The notes under the pieces are model-generated. The model saw only the letters and a list, made by a program, of their open reading frames with translations, did no database searches and was not told the origin of the DNA. A stretch of DNA of 64,000 nucleotides from Lingula anatina (taxonomy: Eukaryota > Animalia > Brachiopoda), in assembly GCA_051362555.1 (NCBI GenBank), contig CM120640.1, positions 46,106,788 through 46,170,787 of the forward strand. Direction: 5' to 3'. This document shows positions 1 through 13,178 of this stretch, piece after piece. Every line of letters begins with the position of its first letter. Positions within the stretch are counted from its first letter, which is position 1. A program made the position numbers and the translations under genes.

Positions 1-1111
1 CAACTCTCAAGTGAATACATTAGGCTAGTCACGACAGAAATGGCATGCTGGTGTGAAGTAAACGGATATGAGCATAGCAGTCGAAGAATTGAGTTAGTGA
101 AAATACTTCGGTCTCTGTTTATGTCCAAATAAAAGCACATGCATGGGTGAATGTAGGCCCTACATGTACTAGTAAGACGATCTATTCAGCCATGATTTAC
201 CAAAAATTATTCGACAAAATCACAGCGTATATACATAAGTGCAGTAAATTATTCCTTTTTGTCGAACCAGCATAGACCTGATGCCATGTCGAATGCTATA
301 TTTACTTGTTTAACTTCCAAAATGAAGTGCGGGGTGCACCATTACATTGGTGATGGAATTTACGGTTCGCGCTGGTGGTACCTTCAATAATTCAAAGTGT
401 TTAAGGGGCTACGAGGGTCAGACTGAACGACGTCCATTTTTACATTATCCGATACAAGATATAGCGATAATATAAAATAGGTGTTTTATGGCTGTCACCT
501 CTTTTTACCACGCGCATGATACAAAGAGAGGGAGAGTCGTGAACTCATTTTCGTGTAACCACCAAATACGTTTGTCAGAATAACCTAATGAACTACTATT
601 GAATATCTGTCTTGCATGTTTTATGGCGCTTACTGGTAGAATCGCTACCCCCTAACAATCTAGCATGATTTCACTGCCATAAGGGCTATTTGAATTGCAT
701 GTTACTATATCTTTTCAATTAAATATAGAGTTACGCGTATATGTATGCGATCTCACATTTTTGATAGCTTTATGTTCTTGGTTAACTTTCGTCATGAATA
801 AATACCAGATTTTAAAATCGACAATGGCCACTGGCACGTGATAAACGACTACAAAAACACCCAAACCACTGAACATTATAGACTAATACAGGTATTCGAC
901 TTAACTGTAATGTTAACGAGATATACATGTAGGAACCCATCCCCAATCATCAAACAGCACACTTGATTAAGGCCTATTGTCGTTACACGACGGGAATCCG
1001 TTCGACTACTGGTCAAACCCAAGGCCAAACTGCCAGACATGGCGAACATGTACTTACAAGAGTGTTGGCATTCATTCCAAAATTTCAACCTTTTCGTTTT
1101 AATCATTACAG

Positions 1112-2750
1112 GTTTGAGACAGCCATGCAACGGCATGAGCCTGGAGTGACTTTGCCATATTGGGACCCGACCATGGATGACGGTATGCCCCGCCCACAGG
1201 ACACCATTATGTGGACTCCTGAATATATGGGAAATGGTTTCGGTTACGTCACGAGCGGGCCTGCCGCCAACTGGAATACACCATTCCCCGTCGCCAACCG
1301 TACTCGCCTGTATCGCAACCTAACTGCTGGGGTATTGGAGGGGCGTGTGCCTCTTCTTCCCAACGATCTAGAAATGGGTTTCCTCTACGCCGGTGGTAGG
1401 GGTCTAAGGGATCTTTCGTTTTACGTCGACCCTTCTCTAGAGTTTGTCCACGGTCGTGTCCATGACTGGATCGGTGGCCACATGGGAGATTTAGAAAACG
1501 CACCAGCTGACCCTGTTTTCTACATGTACCATGCTTACCTTGACTGCTGGTGGGATGACTACAGGCAAAAGCAAAGAAGTCTGGGGATCAATCCCGAAAC
1601 TGATTACCCCGAAGACGCTGAAGCCCAAGGTGTTGGCGGCACAACCCCTCTCCCTGAGTGGCCCATTCCTACCCGCGTTGAAGACTCTGTTCATCTGCCG
1701 AACAAGATGATGCGACCTTTCAGAATTCGTAATATCGATGGATTGTCGGACGACTACACCAGGCTATATTACTCCTGTTCCCCACGCCCTGTCTGTCCAA
1801 GCTGCAACAACTCGCCCATTCTTTTCTGTGACAATGCCCAAAATATACCGAAGTGTCGCACTAAACTGCAATTGAACACCAACTGCACTGCTTACAAGGA
1901 CTTGAACCCTTGTCACCAGGGTGAATGTTGCGCCATTGGAGTCGGCGATCAGTACATGTGCCGTTCAAGCTGTTCTTCTTTCGGGCCAGTAAGGCCAATT
2001 CATCAACTTCCACAACGACCTCAGGTACAAGGGCCACAGCAGACAGGGTTTGATGGTCGTCTACACAGAGGGCCAAACGACCAGTTGCCCCCACAGTATG
2101 TTCCAAACCAAATACCAAACTCAGTCAATATCCGACCGGTTCAAACCCCGCCATTAAACGACCAACCTCAGTACAACGTCCCATCACAAAACCAAGGTCA
2201 AAGGCCTGGTCAGTATAACGTTCCTTCTCAGAACCAAGTTCAAAGACCCCAGACCATCTATCAACCACAGTACAACGCTCCAGCCACAAGGCAGGCTCAA
2301 CCTATCCAGTACAGACAAACTCAATACATTGGACGTCCTCAGTCTCAGCAATCCTATGCTCCATCATACAATCAACAAAATTACAATCAAGCGCCTAACT
2401 ACCGACCAAACCAATATCAGAGTTCTTCCAATGGGCAATATTACAGACCTCCTAGTACAACATACCAACGTAACAATAACAACTACGGACAGCGTTACAC
2501 TAATCCAAGAACTTCCCTATATGTGAACCCTTTCACTGGGCAGCAACAGCAGTATCGCCAGGCTACGTACAGACAACCACCGCAGACTTCACTCTACGCA
2601 CCCGTTGGCCTCAACCGAAATCCTTACGGTCAAAGGCCTCAGTACCGTGCCCAACAGGCCTCTCCCGCCTACAACCAGCGTCCCGCCTCTCAGTCCTTCA
2701 CCATTCCTGGTCAAAATTATTACAACAACAGGGCGGCGAACTACTTTTGA
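1112..2750 (+). CDS. Tyrosinase-like (type-3 copper) protein, terminal exon; upstream exons with CuA lie outside the window
   Basis: Acceptor ttacag ends at 1111. The frame then reads FETAMQRHEPGVTLPYWDPT (tyrosinase LPYWD motif) and the CuB site HGRVHDWIGGHM...ADPVFYMYHAYLD, followed by a Cys-rich module and a low-complexity Q/P/Y/N tail to TGA at 2748-2750. AATAAA lies at 3078-3083. Confidence 0.92.
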
Positions 2751-3833
2751 AGACAGAGTTTTGCTGTACAGAAGTGAATAAGTCCAACTTATTTCTGATG
2801 AAAAGTAATAACAGATGTGAATTATACCGCAGATACTTTAAGATTCATTCTACATCGTTTTTAAAGCATTAATCTCTCGACTCATTGAAAAAAATTTGAG
2901 CTTAACTACATACTTTAAAGAGCTATTGCATATGTTTGATTCCCTTTATGACATTGGATTTTTCTTAAATTTATAGAATACAGCTTCAGGGTAAATTATT
3001 GAAAGTAGTAAAGGTACATGGGTAATAATCTTACTGAGCTGTATCTGTTTTGAGGTACTTGTTACAATGGAAATGGGAATAAACTAGAAAAATTGAAAAA
3101 AATGTGTTTCAATTCAATTTCTTTATACACACACAAAAAAGGCAAACAATACTTAACATCAAGTCACAAGGGCGTAAGCAAGAGTTTCATGACGATCAGA
3201 GTCATTTTTCAACAGGAAACGTCATTTTTTTGCCACTTTACCAAAAGTAAAATCATCACCTACTCGATTAGTTTGAATTTTTATCTGACTGTCAAATTCT
3301 ATCCCATCTCATCTGACATGAAGTCTTAAAATATTTTCTCTCAATTAATGTTTCACTTAGTACTACTTTTCATAAATTGATTTTATTATTTTATAACTTT
3401 TGTCATTTTTATTATTTTCATTTATTTTCTGTGTGTGCGGATGTTCATTATAATTATGGAAATAATTGCACGCAAATATAAAAAATTTCAAACTGAGAAA
3501 CTGTAGCCAAAGTAAAGAACATGTTTATTGTTTAGTTTAGGTTATAGGAAAGAAGAGGACGATATACATTGTTCATTGAATAAGTTATAGAATGTTCCAC
3601 CATTTTATAATTTAATAAGTATTCAAGTTATAAAACAGGGAAATAGCAGTTGCATGTTTTAAAAACTTAACAATCTCTTCTTCTGCAAATTGATAACACA
3701 CATTGCAATTTTCAAAATTTTGTTCAGCTTTGATCTTGTAGTTAATCTGGTAATGACATGCTATTCCGTTAAAAAAGTCCATGGGAGGTAGTACATGTAT
3801 GTCTGCACATTTAAGCCACTTCATGCAAGCCGT

Positions 3834-6800
3834 CTAAGGGTCATTAGACAAGTTTGATGGCTGCAGCTTGCCCGTTACAAACAGCTTCCTGTGATGAATC
3901 CACCTTTCAAACATCTCGTATGATCCCCCAATTATATCTTCCAGTACAAACTGAAAATGAATTTTCAAAAAAATCAAGATTCAAATCATCAACATATTAA
4001 CAAGGCAGCAAAGCTGTCAAATGTACAGACAAAAAACAGGAAATAACTATGCACAAAATAGGCTACTGTCAATTCTGATGCAAAAGTACATTATGTTAAA
4101 CTGCACAGTCAACATCAAATTTTAATTATGCTCAACAGGTAATACCAATGTAAGTAAAATGTGTAACAAGCATAAGGCTTCAGGCCCATGGGAGTTCAAG
4201 TTCACACTTTGAAAATGTATAACTTCCAGAAAAAGAAGCCAATTAGACTGCTTTTCCAACTCAGGCTGCATTTTAGTCCTGTATTTCTTTTTTGAAAGTA
4301 TGGCAATTATAAGTAACACGGTTTTCCCATAATGGTCATCATGGCAGCAGCACCCAAAATTGTGTTTTCTTCTATTCTGATGCAATATTACATAATGGTT
4401 AACAGCATAATGACCGTCAATTTTTAATAATAAAACATATGTATCATGGATTTTCAGAAAATGTGACTACGTAGCATGGGTCTTCAAGCCCGTGGAACTT
4501 CAAAATCACACCTTGAAAATGCCAATATGTGAAAAATTAAATTTTCACAAAAAAACTGTTAACTGGCAGTAAGAATTACCAAACAGCCAAAAAGTAAAAC
4601 TGCCTTCCACTTATCCCACATACAATGAAAGTGCACAGCGCCGGCGACAGCGACTGCGATGACAGACGTAGGTGATGGCAATATGTACAGACACATCTGT
4701 ACATATTTACTGTACTATTTGAGAACAGTAAGTCACATGGTTTTTCTTAAATGGTCATCATGGGAGCAGTGCCCAAAATAGGTTTTTTTCAAATTTTGAT
4801 GCAATATTACATAATGTTTAACAGCATAATGACCATCAATTTTTAAAAATAAAATATTAGTATCATGGATATTCAGAAAATGTGACTAGCAAAGGTCTTC
4901 AGGCCCATGGAACTTCAAAGTCACAACTTGAAAATGCCAAAATGTAAGCAAGACCGCACTGTTCTGAAATGTTTTTTTCCCATTTTTAACAATTTTTAAC
5001 ATAAAACAAAATCAACAGTGTACTGCCATTTTTATATGATCAACTAAGAAAATTGATGAGATGGGAAAAATATCAATAGAGCAGTGTTAAATGTCCAATT
5101 TCTTCCATTCTGAGATTCTGAACATAGTGAATGATTGAATCTGACAAACTGCAATGATATGAGTTTATTTCCACTTTTGAAACTTTATTACACAATACAC
5201 GATAACAAGTTTACCATCATTTTAACAACATCAACTAACAATGTTGTTAAGATGCAGGAAATGTCAAACAAACACTTTCACGTATCTTATTAATTAAATA
5301 ATGAAACTGTTAACATGCCTAAGAATTGAATCTGAGGAAATGTGAAAAAACAGCATAACTTCTAAAATAATGGCCCGATTATGCTGATTTTTTAACTCAA
5401 CCTGCGTTTTAGCAGGATTGATCACTCCTGTGAGTTTAATGACAATTGGCCTATCTGTTTTTCTTATGTTGTGTTTACAGTGTTGCATATATGCTGAAAA
5501 GTGAAAAAAATAGCATAACTACTAAAATAGTGGCCCGATCATGCCGATTTTCGAACTTGACCTGCGTTTTAGTAAGATAGATTACTCTTGTGAGTTTCAT
5601 GACAACAGGCCTATCGGTTTTTCCTTGGAATGTGTTTAAAGTGTTGCATATATGCTGAAAAGTGAAAAAACAGCATAACTTCTACAATAATGGCCCGATC
5701 ATGCTGATTTTCGAACTTGACCTGCGTTTTATGAATATTCATCAGCTGTGTAAATATAAAGCCAAAAAGTAAAACTGCCTTCTACTTATCGTGTTTACAA
5801 TGAAAGTGCACGGCGCCAGCGACGACGATGATGGGGACAACAGACGTAGGTGATGGCAATATGTACAGACACATCTATATATATTTACTGTACTGTTTGA
5901 GAACAGTAAGTGACATGGTTTTTCTTAAATGGTCATCATGGGAGCAGTGCCCAAAATAGTTTTTTTTTTTAATTTTGATGCAATATTACATAATGTTTAA
6001 CAGCATGATGACCATCAATTTTTAATAATAAAATATTAGTATCATGGATATTCAGAAAATGTGACTAGCAAAGGTCTTCAGGCCCATGGAATTTAAAAGT
6101 CACAACTTGAAAATGCCAAAATGTAAACAAGACAGCACTGTTCTGAATTTTTTTTTTTTTTTCAATTTTTAACAATTTTTAACATATAACAAAATTAACA
6201 GTTTACTGCCATTTTTATATGATCAACTAAGAAAATTGATGAGATGGGAAAAATATCAACAGAGCAGTGTTAAATGTCCAATTTCTTCCATTATGAGATT
6301 CTGAACATAGTGGATGACTGAATCTGACAAACTGTAATGATATGTGTTTATTTCCATTTTTGACACTTTATTACACAATACACGATAACAAGTTTACCAT
6401 CATTTTTACAAAATCAACTAACAATGTTGTAAAGATGCAGGAAATGTCAAACAAAAACTTTTACGTATCTTATTAGTTTAATAATGAGACTGTTAACATG
6501 CCTAAGAATTGAATCTGAGGAAATGTGAAAAATATGCTGAAAAGTGAAAAAACAGCATAACTTCTACAATAATGGCCCGATCATGCTGATTTTCGAACTT
6601 GACCTGCGTTTTATGAATATTCATCAGCTCTGTAAATATAAAGCCAAAAAATAAAACTGCCCTCCACTTATCGTGTTTACAAGGAAAGTGCACGGCGCCG
6701 GCATCGCCATCGCCATCGGCATCGCCATCGCCATCGGCGACGGCGACGACAGACGCAGGTGATGGCAATATGTACAGACACATCTGTGTCTGTACATAAA

Positions 6801-7354
6801 AACTGTTGGGCTTTGAAATGAATTTTCAAATGTAAAAATATTTTCAGATAAAATCAAATCATGAATATTGCCACTTAAAAATCTACTTAACCTTTATGAA
6901 AAAGTTTAAAAATAAACATTTAAGTAATTGAAATACATGAAATCCTGATACTTAAAATAATTACACAGTTCAAAGTGAAAGTAAAGTGAATTCAAATCTT
7001 TCTCTGGCAAACAAGATTAACCTTCCATTTTTTTATCTTTATAATATCTAAGTGATCCAAGTAATCCACATACTGACCCGTATTGCCCCTTGAACTGGTG
7101 GGGAGCAAATTTCAGAAGCTTGTAAAGACATGGTCAACAAACACAGTTTTTCCTGAGGATAGAAAAAATAAACACTCACAAGAAATTATACATTTTAATC
7201 AACTAATAATAAAGACATGATATGTAACTGTTTTTTTTTTCATAACTGGCCAATATACCCAAAATATTGCCCAAAGAAATATAACAAGATTGAAAAAATT
7301 ATGATAGTGGAAAAACAAACACAAAAGGGGATTGGAATTGCCCCCTCCCCCCCC

Positions 7355-7402
<48 letters not shown>

Positions 7403-8381
7403 GGAAGGAAGTCCCTTCAGAATAATGTAATTTAGAAATGTACTGCACCTTGGTCTTTCCCACTTTGTTCCATATCTCACTGCCTGCAAACTTTGAGATC
7501 TTCTTCAGCAGTTCTTGAATCTCTGGATCCTTGGCGCAGCCTCCCAGGCTCATATATTTCTTCAGATACTCCAACCTGAATAAAAAGGCATAGACCACAT
7601 AGACCACTAAATCATATCCCTAAATTTCTTCACTTTCATTTTCAGTATTCACTGGAGACCAGAAAGCAAATATGCACCTTAGGATTCAAATGCATATTCT
7701 AAAGAATACAAATTAAATACCATTGGCCATGACTTTAAAAACTTAATGAAAAACTTATATTAAGAATTTTATAAATTATGAGTCTTTGATATCATAAGAT
7801 AAGAATCTTAACCAATGTTTCTTATGGATTTCATTTCTTTGAAGGTACTAAAATGTACACCTAATAACATTAAATAAAAATTTCAATAACCAAACTTCTA
7901 ATAATCAATAAATAACTCATCATGCTCTACTCAAACCACTTGGGCTGCTCAATTAACTTTTTAACAATCTATCTAAAAAACATCAAAATAACAATTAATC
8001 AACTGGTCAAAATAGACTTGTGTTCCTTCATACCATTTGACTGTGTTGTCTTCAGCCAAAGAGTTATTTTCTAAAATTTCTTCAAGAGAACGTAGCTTTC
8101 TGTTCACTGCTCCACGGAGCTTACCCTGGTACTCTTCATACAGAGACACAGGTGTGACCTGAACTGCTTTCAGCCTATTTCTGAAGTTATTAAGTCTCTC
8201 TCTGCAAGGCAATTGTACAAGAGAAAGAATTAAAAAAAAACTTTTGTCAGAAAAATCAGATAAAGTAGACGAGGTTTTTGGCACTGAATTTACGTGAGCT
8301 AATCACAGAAACTATCATTCAGCATGAAAAATAAAACTACATCTATGTCTATGTCTAATACAAAAAAAAAAAAAAAGAAAA

Positions 8382-8425
<44 letters not shown>

Positions 8426-11400
8426 CGTTCCTGCTATATTAAAACATAACAGAATATATTCAGATATATTACAAATTTCAACTAATATATATATATATAT
8501 ATATATATATACTGTGGGTATGTCTGATCTTCAGACAGATCATGCAACTTATGAGAAATACTTTCTAGTTTTTTAGGTACAACTGCACATTTACTAACAA
8601 CCTCAGGTGGCCTAAAATGTAATGGTTTGAATTTCTTTAGCACATTTCATTCACAAAATCAGTGCAATTAGTTTTATAAAGAATACAATGCTAAAATTGG
8701 CAAAATGGCTTCAAAATAATATCTGCATCATAAATTTGTTTTCTTGCCTCACCTTTCAATTTTTTCAACTTTGCTTTTGCAATTTTCATACAGTTCATTC
8801 CGAAGTTCAACCAACTGCCTAAAGTGGGTCTCCATTAATTTCTCTACTTTCATGTCTTTGGAATCTTCCCCTTCTTGTTCTCCTTCTTCTTTATGTAGTA
8901 AACTAGAAGTTAGAAGCCAGCAATTTCAAAACTGGGGTTCTTTTTCTAAAAAAATGGACCTTTCACCATGCAACTATCATGTACCTAGATCAAATTTTAC
9001 CCAGAAGGGACCTTTTCCCAGCAAAAAGGGCAGTTCGTTCCTGCTATATTAAAACATAACAGAATATATTCCAATATATTACAAATTTCAACTAATATAG
9101 CTTGGCATTGATGAGGCTAATGTCACCAAAGTACAGTATATACAACAAGTATTTTGTAAAAAATAATCTCATAAAGGTTTTTTTTAAACTGTGCACACAT
9201 GATGTTATCAATATTTAATAATAATTTTATTGAGCACAGAAAAGTTTTTACATCTAAAGAGTCTCTATATATATAGGATAATAGTAATGACAGTAAATAA
9301 AAAAATAAATATAGTATTATATGTTATAAAGAGATATTAATTCATATATTATAATAAATAAAATTTCATTAATATTATTGACATAAATTCATCACTTTCA
9401 TGATGCCCATGTTGCCAAGAACTGCATGTTGCATATGTAAACCTACCTTTTCCAGTATTTATCTGACAGATTTGGTTGTTGCCACAGTGGAGTGTGACTC
9501 TTCAGCAATTTGACTGCAGTTTGAAAGCTCTCTGCCACTACACCATGTCTCCTTGAAATGAGAAAGTAAAGAGAACAATCTAATATAAATATAAAAATAG
9601 TTCGATGAAAAGGTCCATTACATGTTTTATCCACTTGGTACCCGCATGGAGCTGCTGTGCATGTAATTAAAGCACATTCTGACTGAAGTTACTACAAAAG
9701 AATATGATCTATCATTTATGTTAATTATTATATACATTTGATTATCTTAAACTACTGTAAACTATTATATATGTAACTGCTAAACGCATTTGTGCACCCA
9801 CTGCCAGCAATGCTGTGGTTTTACAAAACATTAAAATAAACATTTTACTCTCAATTAAGCAGTTCTTTGTAAACATTAACCTACCTGTGCATAATGGAAG
9901 GCCTAAACTTATTTATAAAGCCTTTGAGATGACATTTTGTAAATTCCTTTTCCTTGGGGTCCACTTGCAAAAAATCATCCCAAGTTTCAAATTTTGGCTG
10001 TGTTGGAAGCAAGGGATGATTTTTACCCCCAGCAAATGTATTCAGAAATCGTCTGGATAGAAAAATGTTATGGAAATGAAAAATCCTAAATAAAAATATC
10101 TTTAACAAAATTGTATAAGTATACATGTATGCAAAACACACAGAAGTTTTTTTCAGAAATGGAACTAGATAAACAATATTCAAAGATAAATATGGAAACT
10201 CTACAGACATCTTAAAATACTCTAAAAGATAAAGTCTACAGGTAAATTATTGATAAAATACATACTTTTTCAACAGAGTTGACCCTGCTGCAGAGGAGCG
10301 CCGTAAATATGAACTTCTTCGGACCTGAGAAGGATTTTGATTTAATTCTGCAATGGTGGACAAATCTTTCAGCTTTCCTCCAGACATCAAAGAACTTTGG
10401 TGTCTTGATTCAGGAGACCTCCCTGGACTGACACAAGTTAAATTGCTAAAAGGGAGATTTCTGGAAAGGTGTAAATTGGATATGTTACATTATAATATCT
10501 AAAACAAAAAACATAAAATCGATGTTTGTATATAAAAATGGTAACATGGTTTTCATTTAGAAAGATAATTTAACAAAAGCTTTACCCTGTTGTACATGGT
10601 TGGTTTCCACTTTCTTCAAAAGGATCTTTTTTCAACTGTTTCAGAGTTTCCTGACTGAGGGGAACCTAAACAATTAATAGTATATTAATGAGTGCCATTA
10701 ATGACTGGATCAATTAATGAACAGATGGTAACTAGATGGTAAAAGTTTACAGCAATTTGACTTCTGGATCAGATGAATACCTGAGCAGGATGTAATTTTA
10801 TTTTATTTTCATGGTCATCATGATATTTTAATAATTCCACTTACTTTACTTTTCAAATGTTTTGTCCTCATGTTGGTCATGGAACAAAGCAGCATGTATA
10901 TGACCTTCAGCTCTTCCACAAAGTACTGCTTCTTTCTTTCATCCATGCGTCTGAAATTGGTGAATTATGGATAATCAGAAATGAGTGAATTTTGTTAGTC
11001 ATCCAGTAGAATAAAAATGATAAATATAAATAAGAGATCGGGTACCCAGTCCATCCAGGTCATTTACCGAGTGAAAGGTTTCAGGTTGAGACAGCAATGT
11101 TAGTCAGTTGCTAATTGTAAGTTCATATGTATCATATGAATAATCAGAGTTACATATGCAAAAGATAAAACTTAGTTCCAACATAATTATCTGTAAAATA
11201 TTTTTATTTTACATGACATAAAATTTATATACACATTTTATATTTAATTGCATTAACATGCTTTAATACACAACGTGAAAGGGCACATCATATATATAAT
11301 GGAAATTACAAGACATCAGTATGATTAGGCCAAGCCAGAAATTTATCAATACCTTTCATTATCTGTTTTCATTCTATCAGAAACTCTAAGAAGGAAAGCA

Positions 11401-12391
11401 TTAGCCATGAGAGGTTTCCGAACTAAAATGCTACGTAGTTTGCTTGTTTCTGTCTGTGATAAACTAAGCATAGTATTTTTATCATCTTTGCCACATTTTG
11501 CCTTGTGCTTTGAAATTGCCTGTTAGAAAAATCATAGAAATAAAATAAAAGTTGAGAAACAGAAACTTTTTGTAAATACAGTATTGGAGAATTAGCGTTC
11601 AACGAAAAGGTAAAAAATTAAGAAAGACACCAAATATGTAAGAAAGAGAACAAAAAATTTTACACGAAAAAAGGTGCATATAAAAGGGAATTATATCTAA
11701 GAGTAAAACATAAATAATATCAGTAGTGGCATTTCATGACAATCTTCCCAATACCCTCCCCATGTCCCATAATCATTGCAAACACAGTGTACATAAGGAG
11801 GCTGACCCAAGCTTTGCCATTACCTGCATTTTAGCTGAAAATTGTTCATAGCCCTGCCCACACCGTACAGCCTTGACACGCTGCTTGGACTCTTTCAACT
11901 TGTTGTGCAGTTCTCCAAATCCGACATGATTTTCGATTTTTTTCTGAATCTGAAATGTTTTCTTTTTAGCACTTTCCTTTCCCTGTAAAGTACAAATAAC
12001 ACACTTTCAATAAATTAGCCGAAGAATGGCATACTAAAAAAATGAAATGAATCGTGTCACTTAGTACTCATGTTCTCATATATTTTTGGAGATTTTGTTT
12101 TTTTTCAAAAATGTTCTCAGAGTGAACAGTTGTGTTGTTACCGTCAAAGTCCTCAGATTCAGAACCACATAAACTTTACAAAAATATATATCTACATGTA
12201 GTAGTCTAGTTTTATTACCTGAATTTTTTCTCGATTGACTTTCTGCACACCATGTTTTTCTTCATGAGAATGTGTCCTTTTATTTTCTGTCTAAAACGGA
12301 TGTGAAATAAAATAAGAAACTGTGGCAACTCATTTTTTCACCACTCACAAGCTGTACTAGTACGTACCTGGGTTGGATAGGATCCAATTTT

Positions 12392-12433
<42 letters not shown>

Positions 12434-13178
12434 ATAATTCACAATAAATAGCTGTTCAATCTATCATTTCTAGAGAAATTAAAAAAAAAAAAAAAAAACA
12501 AATAAATAAAAATGGACATTTTCTCTCTAGTTATCATGGATTTCAATAAGTTGAAAGATTTTGATAAAATTTGGTCATTTCATTCATTATTAAAAAAATT
12601 AATCTTTGCAAGAATGAATTAATTTAAAGATACCTGAGATGTGACAACTACAGGCGGAATAGACCCAAACTTTTTTAACTCCTCACACACCAAGTCCTTG
12701 TAATGTGCAGCACTGTCCCCTCCCACAGGAACATATGGCTGGTGACAGGGTGTGAAAAATCCTTTAGAGAAATTTTCCTTGTGTCTGCTGTATCGTTGGG
12801 TGATGTGGTTAGAGTCCTTTTCAGTATTATAAATATGACTGGTCCTTCTGGTTACTTTTGTCGGGATGTATACTTTTTCTGCAGATCAAAATTATATAAG
12901 TCTGCAAACTGACAACATTTATAAACATTGCGACAATTTTTCTTTTATGCTGAAAGAAAGCGGATTTACATAAATTTATTCAGGGTACTAGTAAGCTGCC
13001 AAATCATCAACCAATAGAAAATAATCTTGTTTTGATATCATAATTCCATGTTAAAGTAAATAAGTAATATAATGTATCTACCTGGGGGTACCTGGTGCAC
13101 TCTTCTTATAACTTTACAAAACTCCTCTGCTGCATGGGTGTCCCCTTCTTTTCCATGATGCTTGCCTCCAGCAAACAT
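3834..13178 (-). CDS. Uncharacterised 14-exon protein (~651 aa), K/E-rich with a probably helical C-terminal half
   Basis: Exons in 5'->3' order: 13178-13082, 12878-12634, 12290-12219, 11982-11824, 11519-11353, 10950-10845, 10665-10586, 10460-10266, 10052-9885, 9551-9447, 8902-8753, 8201-8034, 7575-7449, 3950-3834. All are GT-AG with compatible phases, totalling 1956 nt open from ATG (MFAGGKHHGKEG...) to TAG (...GKLQPSNLSNDP*). A probable non-coding first exon has its donor near 14143. Confidence 0.85.
3999..6802 (-). mobile_element. Non-autonomous Helentron-type (HINE/DINE-1-like) element, concatemeric copy A, in the last intron of the 14-exon gene
   Basis: On the - strand the element begins TTTTT plus hairpin ATGTACAGACAC-AGAT-GTGTCTGTACAT, followed by a GTC/GCC/GAT microsatellite and ~160-bp tandem core repeats. 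It ends with subterminal TGTCTGTACAT, stem-loop GACAGC-TTT-GCTGCC and TTGTT. Its reverse complement is at 46994-49650. Confidence 0.8.
8391..8511. repeat. (TA)n microsatellite split by a ~68-bp segment that is duplicated at 9032-9099
   Basis: agttcgttcctgctatattaaaacataacagaatatatt...acaaatttcaactaatata occurs at 8422-8489 and 9032-9099. Confidence 0.85.
8912..9040 (-). mobile_element. Partial copy of the short TIR element (MITE) at 60780-60953
   Basis: Reverse-complement similarity to 60820-60940, e.g. ctagatcaaattttacccagaa versus ttctgggtaaaatttgatctag, and aaaatggacctt versus aaggtccatttt. Confidence 0.7.

Noticed and set aside
963-1111. First ~50 codons of the 595-aa ORF (TTG start)
   Set aside because: Intronic read-through: tyrosinase similarity begins only after the acceptor at 1111, and the CuA half is absent.
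7199-7489. Poly-Phe/poly-Lys ORFs, plus similar ORFs at 23148, 28944, 49914, 59061 and 59100
   Set aside because: Artefacts of poly-A/T runs and (AAT)n microsatellites.
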